64,000 bases of DNA from Lentisphaeraceae bacterium (GTDB taxonomy: Bacteria; Verrucomicrobiota; Kiritimatiellia; RFP12; DVOR01): positions 3,909 to 67,908 of the forward strand of contig SFJE01000004.1 of assembly GCA_004555175.1 (NCBI GenBank), in the 5' to 3' direction. The translations under genes and the position numbers were made by a program. Shown one piece after another: positions 1 through 9,782 of the stretch (position 1 is the first letter of the stretch; each line of letters starts with the position of its first letter). The notes beneath the pieces were generated by a model. It saw only the letters and a list, made by a program, of their open reading frames with translations. It was not told the DNA's origin and did no database searches.

Positions 1-1776
1 TCTGTTGTCGCGCGGCGCTTCCAGCCACCGCCTGCGGAAGTTGCGCAGGGTCAGGCGGGCCAAGCGCCAAAGTGCGCTTGGTGTCAGCGGCTTATCGCGC
101 GGGATCACTTTCTGCCCGATGGGTGCGCCTTTGCGAACGAGGTAGTGGAGGTGCGAGGGATGGTCGTAGTGGCGGAGAGCATCAATCGGCGTTAGGGTGT
201 CGGTGAGGGTGATAGGCAGGTGGTGGCGGTTGGCGAGAAGTTCGTTGAGGGCATAGAAGCCGGCACGTTCGGGATAGCGAATGGGATAGAAGCGCAGCGA
301 GGAGTCTTTCGACAAGAAGAATGCGAAGCTGGAGACAACCGCGACATCGCCGGGGCGGCACTCCTCGGGGAAGTAGGCGATGGTCTGCGCGTTGGCTGCG
401 GCGAGCCAGGTCCGCAGGGCGTTTGGTTCGCGCCCAGCTTGGGGTTGACTATCGGTGAGAAGGGTGGAGAAGATGGCGAGGAGGAGGGTCGCTAGGAGGC
501 CTTTGCGAAGGGGCAGAGGCGGCAGACGTGGCAGCTGGGTGAGCAGTAAGAGGGCGATGAGCGGCAGCGAGGCGGCGTAGCGGCGATAGGTGTAAAGCCA
601 AGGGGGGAGGCACACTGCGGTAAGTAGCAATAAGAGGGCCAAGGCAAGTGGCGCTCGCGACTGGCGGAACTTGCACGCGAAGAGGCCGAGAATGCCGACG
701 AGCGCAAGCCAACTCCAGTTGAAGCAACAGAAGGTGGCGAAGCCTGGGAGGCCATCTTTCACGGCTTGCAATTGGAGGTCTGCGGTAATGTCCCAGCCCT
801 GGAAGGCGGGGAGGAAGGAGTGTGCCGGGAAGAGTGGGCTGCCGTAGAGCACCCAGTTTGTGGCGTAGGGATGGAACCAGCAGAGACCGATTGCCACGGC
901 GGAGAGGACACACAGGCGCAGACGGTCGGGCAGGGCGGCGCGGTGGCTGGGCAGGAGCGCTTGCGCAATTAGGAGCAGGAATCCCAGGGCAATGGGGATG
1001 AGCGCACTCTGCTTGAGGCCGGCCAAGCAGAGTGCCAAGCCGCCATAGAGCCAGTGGAGCCAGCGTGTGCGTTCGCCACAGAGTAGCCGCCAGAGGACCA
1101 TCAACCAGGCGAGCGTGATGAGATAGAGCAGGTTGTCCAGTGGGAAGTGGGCGGGCGGGAGCCTATAGTTGAGCATCAGGGCGAGCACGGTTAGGCCAGC
1201 GCAACGCCACATTCCGCGCCTCCCCTCGCCCAGGGGTGCACATCGGCGCAGGGTGGCCCAGACCCAGATGGCGACGGCCGGCAAGATGAGCAGGACGGCC
1301 CAGTCAAAGCCGGTGAACACGCCGGTGGCCAGGTCGGTGGCGGCGCTCCACTGCGCGCCCAGGAGTGGAAAGCAGAGGGTGTGAAAGGGGCGGAAGGTGC
1401 CGCTGGGCGTGATAGCCAGGGCATCGACAGCCTCGCGCGCACTTTGCAGGACCGGGTTCCAGCCGGCCTCCAAGAGGAGAACCTGCGGGTAGTGATAGTT
1501 GATGTAGTCGTTGGATTGGCCGAGGTAGAAGAAGGTGGAGAGCGGCAAGGTTAGGGCGGCGTAGAGGGCGCAGAGGAGGAGCGCGCGCCAGCGGCCTAGG
1601 CGCCAGGCCGCCCAGGCCGCCACGCCACCGCCCAGAACCCAGGCCGGGAGGAGCCAGTTCTGCCCCACGAGGTAGCCGAGCGAGGGGAGGCAACCGGTTA
1701 TCGCTGGCCACAGCGCCAGCGCAGCCAACCCCTTGAGGGCGGCGCGCCAGGAGTGCAATTCAAATGTCTTTAACAT
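1..1776 (-). CDS. polytopic integral membrane protein with soluble C-terminal domain (partial, runs off window start); possible GT-C-like or Wzy_C-like membrane glycosyltransferase
   Basis: Hand translation of the minus strand from ATG at ~1776 gives an uninterrupted frame to position 1 (>590 aa). The N-terminal ~400 aa have many W/L-rich hydrophobic segments. It is absent from the ORF track, apparently because it lacks a stop inside the window. The ATG lies 5 nt after the GspF stop, so it is operonic. Confidence 0.55.
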   Translation of the reverse strand, partial: MLKTFELHSWRAALKGLAALALWPAITGCLPSLGYLVGQNWLLPAWVLGGGVAAWAAWRLGRWRALLLCALYAALTLPLSTFFYLGQSNDYINYHYPQVLLLEAGWNPVLQSAREAVDALAITPSGTFRPFHTLCFPLLGAQWSAATDLATGVFTGFDWAVLLILPAVAIWVWATLRRCAPLGEGRRGMWRCAGLTVLALMLNYRLPPAHFPLDNLLYLITLAWLMVLWRLLCGERTRWLHWLYGGLALCLAGLKQSALIPIALGFLLLIAQALLPSHRAALPDRLRLCVLSAVAIGLCWFHPYATNWVLYGSPLFPAHSFLPAFQGWDITADLQLQAVKDGLPGFATFCCFNWSWLALVGILGLFACKFRQSRAPLALALLLLLTAVCLPPWLYTYRRYAASLPLIALLLLTQLPRLPPLPLRKGLLATLLLAIFSTLLTDSQPQAGREPNALRTWLAAANAQTIAYFPEECRPGDVAVVSSFAFFLSKDSSLRFYPIRYPERAGFYALNELLANRHHLPITLTDTLTPIDALRHYDHPSHLHYLVRKGAPIGQKVIPRDKPLTPSALWRLARLTLRNFRRRWLEAPRDNR

Positions 1777-1781
1777 AATGC

Positions 1782-2867
1782 TTAACCGCCAACGACGGTG
1801 CCGAGCTTGAAGATGGGCATGAACATACCGATGACGATGGTACCGATGACCGCGCCGAGGAAGACCATGAGGAAGGGCTCGAGGAGGGAGGTGAGGGTGG
1901 CGAGGAGGGTCTCGACCTCTTCGTCGTAGGAGTCGGCGATGTTCGAGAGCATCTCGTCAATGCGGCCGCTCTTCTCGCCGGCGGCAATCATGCGGAGCAT
2001 CAGGATGGGCATAAAGGGCTTGCCTTCCATCGAGGCGGCGAGGGTGTTGCCCTGCTCGACCTCGCCCTTAGCCTTCATAATGGAGGTTTCGAGGACGACA
2101 TTGCCGAGCGATCGCGAGACGATTTCCATCGCCTCGACAATCGGCACGCCGCTGTTGAGCATTTGGGCGAAGAGGCGGCAGAAGCGGCCGATGCCGACCT
2201 TGAGGTTGAGCACGCCGAAGACGGGCATCTTGAGGCGGAAGCGGTCGAAGGCGAAGTGGCCGGCTGGGGTGGTCTTCCACTTCTTGAAGAGGAAGAAGCC
2301 GACCACGGCGCCGATGATCAGGTAGTACCAATAGGCGCGGATGAAGTCGCTCATGTCCATCAGTGCCTGCGTAAGGCCGGGGAGCTCGGCCCCGAAGTCG
2401 CCGAACATATCCACAAAGGTGGGCAGCACGAAGGTGATTAGCGCGCCGGCAATAATCAGGGCCATGCAGAGGACGACCGTGGGGTAGGTGAGGGCCGACT
2501 TCACCTTCCGTGCCAGGCGGGCCGAGGATTGGAGGATCTCGGCCAGACGCGCCAGCACGTCCGCGAACTGACCGCTTCGCTCGCCGGCGGCGACCATATT
2601 GATGTACATATCGTCAAAGACGACCGGGAAGTCCGCCAGCGCCACGGAGAAGGGCTCGCCACTCTCCAAGCGCTCGCGCAACTGCTTGAGCACGGCCTTG
2701 AAGTTAGGGCTTTCGCACTGCTCCTCGAGGGTGGAGAGGGAGGCGAGGACGGACATGCCGGCGCGGAGCATACCGGCAATCTGCCGCGTGAAGGGCACCA
2801 GGTCCTTCTTCCGGATGGCGCTGGCGCCGGCGACTTTGCCCTTGGGCTTGCTGTTGAGTTTGGCCAT
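1782..2867 (-). CDS. type II secretion system F / type IV pilus PilC family inner-membrane platform protein
   Basis: 361 aa with the typical GspF/PilC architecture: two repeated cytoplasmic domains and TM helices (FVLPTFVDMFG; GRIDEMLSNIADSYDEEVE). Confidence 0.85.
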   Translation of the reverse strand: MAKLNSKPKGKVAGASAIRKKDLVPFTRQIAGMLRAGMSVLASLSTLEEQCESPNFKAVLKQLRERLESGEPFSVALADFPVVFDDMYINMVAAGERSGQFADVLARLAEILQSSARLARKVKSALTYPTVVLCMALIIAGALITFVLPTFVDMFGDFGAELPGLTQALMDMSDFIRAYWYYLIIGAVVGFFLFKKWKTTPAGHFAFDRFRLKMPVFGVLNLKVGIGRFCRLFAQMLNSGVPIVEAMEIVSRSLGNVVLETSIMKAKGEVEQGNTLAASMEGKPFMPILMLRMIAAGEKSGRIDEMLSNIADSYDEEVETLLATLTSLLEPFLMVFLGAVIGTIVIGMFMPIFKLGTVVGG

Positions 2868-2891
2868 AATCGTTCTCCTGTGTGCGAGGGG

Positions 2892-4639
<1,748 letters not shown>

Positions 4640-4640
<1 letters not shown>

Positions 4641-5128
4641 TACTCTCTCGCTCCTTTCTTCAGGTGCTTCCAGATGGCCCAGGCGAGCAATAGCGCCACG
4701 GTCAGCCCTAATGCGCCCCAACGCCGCGCCGCCGGCGGCTCCGCCGGACCTCCACGCTCGGTGGCCTCCAACTGCGCATCACTCATCGCGGCAATCTGTG
4801 CATAGGTGGCCTCGTCCTTCATCGGGGCCTTCATCCAAGCATTGACCTGCGCCGGCGTCAACTGCAACAACTTCGCCGCCCACGCATCCGCCTCGGCAAT
4901 TTCTACCGCCTTGGCGACTCGGCGCTCGGCGGTGGCTCTGCGATGTTCGCCGAGCTTGCGCATCGAGGTTTCATAAGTGTACTTGGCGTGGGCTTGGCTG
5001 AGGAGCTCTTCGGGCGTGGGCGGACGTTGAGGCTTGTTGAGTTTGCCAATGGCAATCTCCTCTTCAGCCCGAAGGATGAGGGCGAGCGGTAAGAGCGCAA
5101 GGAGCAGGTTGGCACGGAGGGTATTCAT
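4640..5128 (-). CDS. hypothetical exported/membrane-anchored protein (signal peptide, C-terminal TM)
   Basis: 162 aa with an N-terminal signal-like segment MNTLRANLLLALLPLALILRA and a C-terminal hydrophobic helix. Translationally coupled between the GspK-like gene and GspE. Confidence 0.5.
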
Positions 5129-5134
5129 AGGTAA

Positions 5135-7048
5135 TCAGTCTTCTTGGTTGGGGGCCACTTCGTGCCAAGCGATGAGGCGCGGGCGGTCGATGGTCATCGG
5201 CAGGTAGATGGGGTTCTTGGCATTTTCAAGGCTTTCAGAGCCCAGGCGAATGTCCCAGTTGAAGTTGAAGCCAGTCCAGGTGGAACTGATTTGGTTGCGC
5301 GTGACATAGGCACCATTGATGGTGAGTCCATTACCTGTTTTCATTTGGTCGACGAGGTAACCTGACCCGCCGATGAAGGCGTGGTTGGTGAAGAGTACGC
5401 CGTCGATATGATCGATACGGTCGTTGGCGTAGTAGATATACTTGGACTCAACGCTCGGCTCATAGAACTTGCGGTCTGCCGCGACAATGGTGCGGTTGCC
5501 GTCGGCATCGACATCAATCTGCTCAATGCGCTTTTTCTGCCCGTTGTTTTCCACGCGGAAGTAGTCGCTATTAAAGTTCCCGCCGCCGGGATAACCATTC
5601 ATTGAGTCGGAGACATCCACCGGATATTCGGTGTAACCCTGTGCCTGTAAGAAGGCCTCAAGCATTACCGGGTTGCAGAAATCGGAGTTGGTATTATTCA
5701 CCGGCCCGGCGGTGATGAGGCCTTTGGCGCAGAAGCCAACGAGGTCGGCCTTGTCGCGATTATTAGCCGCGGTGGCGTTGGGGTCGTTCTTTGAGTTCGA
5801 CCAATCGGGGCGATTGACATAGGTGACATTGTCAATGAAGTGGATGTTGCGCCCGGCGTAAATGCACCCTTGGCCTTTGATGTAGCCGCCGATAACCACA
5901 TCACCTTCGATGACCACTGGACCATTGATGACGATGGGATTCTTCTTGGTGCCATACATCACCACACAGCCGGCATCTTGCGCATTGGAAATCCCAGAGG
6001 GGCCGGGATTGTCCTTGGAATAAACAGCGGAAATCGTTTGACGACTTGGATTGAGGGAGTAGTGTCCTGCGCCATCAACATAAAGCGGGTTGTAGGTGAG
6101 CGTGCCGTTTCCCTCGCGGGCGAGAGAACGGTAGGTTTCTAAGTCGCCAATATAGGGGAGTTCAAAGACGGCGGCGTGCTCGTTTCGGGTCACATCGGTG
6201 GTTTCAGGGCCAGCGGCGTAGCCCATTGGCCAGGGGGTTGTGTCGTCAGCCGGAGAGGTTGGGCGGCAAGTGGGCGTCTCGGACTGGCGTGCACGGTAGG
6301 CGGCCAAGGATTCGGATGTAGGCCACGGGGACGCCCAATAAGGGGTAATTGAGCCATCGCCACAGGCGGGCACATCTTGGTTACAGGCTGCTGTTACCGT
6401 GCCATTGATAATGCAGGCCATAAATGGGGCCCATCCAACATTGTTTCCCAGCGAGCAATCGCCATTGAAGTAGGCATTGCCGTTGAGCACGCCACTATAG
6501 AGCTGGCCGCCGTTGTTCACGAAGTAGGCGTAGTCAAAGACCTTGGATTGCTCCACGGACATGCGGAAGGTCTCTTCAATGGCCTTGGTGACCAACTTCC
6601 CCAGGGGCGAGCGCTTGGAGGCGGTGGTTCGAATGGTCATTGCAATGGTGCGTGCGGTGGTGTTAACACTATCAACCTGCGCTTCGTAGGAGATGGCGCA
6701 CCCGGCATTCGGGTCTAGTGTTCGATTGATTTCAATGAGGCTCCGGGCGTTGCTCTCCAGCCAGGTGAGGAGGACCATTGGCGTCTTGCTTCGGTCGGTG
6801 ACATAGTAGTTCCGGAAGCCCTCATAGATGGCGAGTTTGGCGTCTTCGAGGGCGGTTTGGGCGGCGAGGCGGCACTGGGTGGCGGTGATGCTTTCGGCGG
6901 TGAGGCGGGTGCCAAAGTCAACGTAGCTGGCGAGAGTGCCGACGAGCAGGGAGATAATGAGCAGGAAGAGGAGGGCGGTGGGGAAGACGAAGCCAGCGCG
7001 GCGGTTGGCGCGGGGGCGTGGAAGCGTTGGGTTCATAGCGTTCTCCAT
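5135..7048 (-). CDS. large minor-pilin-like protein with GspK/PilX-like N-terminal hydrophobic segment (637 aa)
   Basis: Likely start is MENAMNPT at 7048 or MNPT at 7036; upstream ORF sequence is P/S-rich out-of-context sequence. The N-terminus RRAGFVFPTALLFLLIISLLVGTL resembles the GspK/PilX N-terminal helix. The rest is N/G/T-rich and beta-rich. Lies 16 nt downstream of the pseudopilin gene. Confidence 0.6.
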   Translation of the reverse strand: MENAMNPTLPRPRANRRAGFVFPTALLFLLIISLLVGTLASYVDFGTRLTAESITATQCRLAAQTALEDAKLAIYEGFRNYYVTDRSKTPMVLLTWLESNARSLIEINRTLDPNAGCAISYEAQVDSVNTTARTIAMTIRTTASKRSPLGKLVTKAIEETFRMSVEQSKVFDYAYFVNNGGQLYSGVLNGNAYFNGDCSLGNNVGWAPFMACIINGTVTAACNQDVPACGDGSITPYWASPWPTSESLAAYRARQSETPTCRPTSPADDTTPWPMGYAAGPETTDVTRNEHAAVFELPYIGDLETYRSLAREGNGTLTYNPLYVDGAGHYSLNPSRQTISAVYSKDNPGPSGISNAQDAGCVVMYGTKKNPIVINGPVVIEGDVVIGGYIKGQGCIYAGRNIHFIDNVTYVNRPDWSNSKNDPNATAANNRDKADLVGFCAKGLITAGPVNNTNSDFCNPVMLEAFLQAQGYTEYPVDVSDSMNGYPGGGNFNSDYFRVENNGQKKRIEQIDVDADGNRTIVAADRKFYEPSVESKYIYYANDRIDHIDGVLFTNHAFIGGSGYLVDQMKTGNGLTINGAYVTRNQISSTWTGFNFNWDIRLGSESLENAKNPIYLPMTIDRPRLIAWHEVAPNQED

Positions 7049-7064
7049 CTTAGGGGGTGGGGAA

Positions 7065-7775
7065 TTACTTGAGGACCTTGCCAAAGCGAGGAACGGCCAA
7101 GCGCTGGGCTTGGGTATACTGGCCATTCTGCGAGGCCACTTGGAGGTCGATGTAAAGGGTGTCGAGATCGGTGTTCCACTGGAAGGCGGTGGTGTCGGCG
7201 GGGGAGACGACGAGGGGGGAGGGGGCGAGCCAGCGCCGGGCAAGGGCGGAATCCTCCTCGGCCTCGGAGTAGGTGAGGCCATTGGTGCCGCTCAGGGAGA
7301 GCGTCTCGGGCGAACTGATGGAGCCGACCTTATGGAAGGTGACGCGCCCGGCAATGACTTGGTCAATGACAACGCTGCAAAGACCTTCATTCTCGCCGGG
7401 GGTGAGGCGGAAGAGGAGCTTATCGCGCAAGTTTCGCAGGGCCACGGAGAGCTCGGTATTGGCAATAATGCTCGCCACGGCTCGCTGGCAGGAGAGGGTC
7501 ACGCTAATCACTTGCCCGAGAATGAGCACGCCGAGGGCGGAGACCATCGTCACCTCCAGGAGGGTCATGCCGGCCCGGCGGGAGAACGGCTTGGGGGTAG
7601 CCCCCTCGGGGCGGGGGTTTATCGACAGGTCTGGGGAGTTATCGACAGGCCCGCGCCGCTTTACATTTTTGTCCGCCCCTACCTCGGGTCGAGGTAGGCC
7701 CTGTCTCGGGTCGAGGTAGGCCCTCCCTCGAGTTGAGGTAGGCGCGGGTGCTTTTTTTGTCTTCTGCGTGGACAT
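7065..7775 (-). CDS. prepilin-type N-terminal cleavage/methylation domain protein (pseudopilin); start uncertain, apparent 69-aa leader
   Basis: Contains FSRRAG/MTLLEVTMVSALGVLILG, i.e. a class III signal with G-M-T-L-L-E. The only in-frame ATG upstream of the Gly is at 7775. The ATG at 7568 would delete the leader. Codons 15-35 are encoded by the CCTACCTCG/CGAGGTAGG palindromic repeats. Confidence 0.6.
   Translation of the reverse strand: MSTQKTKKAPAPTSTRGRAYLDPRQGLPRPEVGADKNVKRRGPVDNSPDLSINPRPEGATPKPFSRRAGMTLLEVTMVSALGVLILGQVISVTLSCQRAVASIIANTELSVALRNLRDKLLFRLTPGENEGLCSVVIDQVIAGRVTFHKVGSISSPETLSLSGTNGLTYSEAEEDSALARRWLAPSPLVVSPADTTAFQWNTDLDTLYIDLQVASQNGQYTQAQRLAVPRFGKVLK
7677..7746. repeat. 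palindromic repeat cluster (CCTACCTCGGGTCGAGGTAGG x2 plus variant), member of CCTACCTCGAGGTAGG family
   Basis: Perfect 9-bp inverted repeats cctacctcg/cgaggtagg occur twice, plus ccctcgagttgaggtagg. The same motif family is at 24378-24457 and 63215-63385. Confidence 0.8.
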
Positions 7776-7862
7776 CCAACGCTCCCATCTTTTTCGATCG
7801 TGTCTTTGTGCGCTTTGTGTTCTTTGTGGTAGCTCAATCCTGCGTGCGTTTCGGCACTCTCG

Positions 7863-8369
7863 TCAGTCGGTGAGGCGGGAGTTGTTGGTGCGCACGAGGC
7901 GGTAGGGGGAGCGCTCGCCGTTGGGGTCGGTGGGGTCGGCCTGCCAGAGGCTGCGCCACTTGCCGCCCACTTGCCAGTAGACATTGGCGAGGAGGGTGCA
8001 GTAGTTGCCCTCGCGGCGGATACGCAAGTAGCGGCGGATGGGGAGCTTACCATCGTGAGAGAGGGCGGGGAGATCGCGCCGGGCATCGGCCTCTGGAAGG
8101 GTGATGAGGATCTCGTCGGTGGGGGTGGCAGCGGGGAGGTGGTCGAAGGGGCGGTTGAACTGCTTCCAAAGGATGTCCCAGGCGTAGGCATCGGCTAGGA
8201 GGCGGCACTTGTTCTCCTCGGAGATCCGCCGATAGGTCATGATGCTATCGAGCATAAAGAGGGAGAGGAGGATGAGAACGGCCGAGGCGGCCGTAATCTC
8301 AATCAAGGTAAAGCCAGCCTTGGCGCGGCGGCGCGCGCGGCTTGGGAGGGCGTGGTGAAAGAAGAACAT
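7863..8369 (-). CDS. prepilin-type pseudopilin (GspG/GspH-like minor pilin)
   Basis: MFFFHHALPSRARRRAKAGFTLIEITAASAVLILLSLF is a canonical KAG|FTLIEI class III signal peptide. Start at 8369 follows a GGAG RBS; the upstream part of the track ORF is out-of-frame-looking R/P/S-rich sequence. Confidence 0.8.
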   Translation of the reverse strand: MFFFHHALPSRARRRAKAGFTLIEITAASAVLILLSLFMLDSIMTYRRISEENKCRLLADAYAWDILWKQFNRPFDHLPAATPTDEILITLPEADARRDLPALSHDGKLPIRRYLRIRREGNYCTLLANVYWQVGGKWRSLWQADPTDPNGERSPYRLVRTNNSRLTD

Positions 8370-8385
8370 AGGCGGGCTCCTGGGG

Positions 8386-9774
8386 TTACTCGGAGAGCTT
8401 GCGGTAGAGCGTGGCCACAGAGACCTGGAGGATATGCGCGGCCTCGGTCTTATCGCCATTGCAGCGGTCGAGGATTTGGCGGAGGTACTCGCGCTCCTTC
8501 TGGCGGAGGTAGCCCTTGAGCGACTCATCTGCCGGGGGCGTGGAGGCGGTGCCGGGGGCTTGCGCGCTGGGCGGTTGGATGACCGAGAGGGCGGCGGCCA
8601 ACTTTGAGGGCAGATGCGCGGGGAGGATGACTTCGCTCCCCTCGCGGAAGGCCAGCGCGTGGGTGATGACATTCTCTAGCTCGCGGACATTGCCCGGCCA
8701 GGTGTAGTGGGTGAGGATTTCGGCAGTGCCGTTGGAGAGGGCCGGGCGCGGGAGGCCCTTGGGCAGACCGGTATCGATGAAGTGCTTGGCTAGGGGCAGG
8801 ATGTCCTCCCGGCGCTGACGCAACGGCGGCAGGTTCACCGACACCACCGCCAAGCGGTAATAGAGGTCCGCCCGGAAGGTGCCGGCGGCCACCAGTTGCT
8901 CCAAGTCGGCATTGCTCGCGGCCACCAAGCGCACATTCACCGGGATGTCCTGCAAACCGCCCACGCGGCGGATTTCGCGCTCTTGGAGGCAACGCAGGAG
9001 CTTCCCTTGAAGGCTCAGGGGCATTGAGGAGATTTCATCAAGGAAGAGGGTGCCGCCGTTGGCCGCCTCCACCAAGCCCTTCTTATCGGCCGTGGCGCCG
9101 GTGAAGGCCCCCTTCATGTGGCCGAAGAGTTCGCTCTCCAAGAGCGGCTCGGGCAGGGCTGCGCAGTTGACGGCCACCCAGGGGCCCTTGGCGCGTGGAC
9201 CTAGGGCGTGGAGGGTGCGGGCCACGACCTCCTTACCGGTGCCGCTCTCGCCATTGATGAGGACGGTGATGTCGTGCGGCGCGACCTTGCGCAACGTCTC
9301 GCACACCGGCTGCATGGTGGGGGCGGTGGCAATCATCCCGCCCAGCGCGCTTGCCTCCGGGGTTGCCTCGGCTGCATCCAAAGCCTCGACCAACTGGATT
9401 TTGCGGCTTTGGGCTTGCCGATCGGCCGCGCGGATGGTGGCCATTAGCTCGTTGACCTTGAAGGGCTTGGTGATGTAATCAAAGATGCCCCCGCGCATGG
9501 CGTCCAACGCCGTCTCCAACGAGGCATAGGCCGTGAGCAGAATCACCGGCATCCCCGGGCGGCGCTTGCGGATCTCGGCAAAGAGCTCCAAGCCGTCCAT
9601 TCCTGGCATTCGCAGGTCGGTGAGGACGAAGTCGATCTCGGCGTGCTCATCGAGCGTCTGCAGGGCGCTCGGGCCATCTTTAGCCGGAAGCACATCAAAC
9701 TTGGCGCTCTTGAGTAGGCTCTCGAGCAACATCAAGATGCGGGCTTCGTCATCAACAATAAGAACAGTGGACAT
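8386..9774 (-). CDS. sigma-54-dependent response regulator (NtrC/PilR family: REC + AAA+ sigma-54 activator + Fis-type HTH)
   Basis: N-terminal REC domain (LIVDDE...TDLRMPGMDG). Central domain has Walker A GESGTGKE and the GAFTGA sigma-54 contact motif (ESELFGHMKGAFTGA). C-terminal HTH AAHILQVSVATLYRKL. Confidence 0.9.
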   Translation of the reverse strand: MSTVLIVDDEARILMLLESLLKSAKFDVLPAKDGPSALQTLDEHAEIDFVLTDLRMPGMDGLELFAEIRKRRPGMPVILLTAYASLETALDAMRGGIFDYITKPFKVNELMATIRAADRQAQSRKIQLVEALDAAEATPEASALGGMIATAPTMQPVCETLRKVAPHDITVLINGESGTGKEVVARTLHALGPRAKGPWVAVNCAALPEPLLESELFGHMKGAFTGATADKKGLVEAANGGTLFLDEISSMPLSLQGKLLRCLQEREIRRVGGLQDIPVNVRLVAASNADLEQLVAAGTFRADLYYRLAVVSVNLPPLRQRREDILPLAKHFIDTGLPKGLPRPALSNGTAEILTHYTWPGNVRELENVITHALAFREGSEVILPAHLPSKLAAALSVIQPPSAQAPGTASTPPADESLKGYLRQKEREYLRQILDRCNGDKTEAAHILQVSVATLYRKLSE

Positions 9775-9782
9775 AGCGCTCC

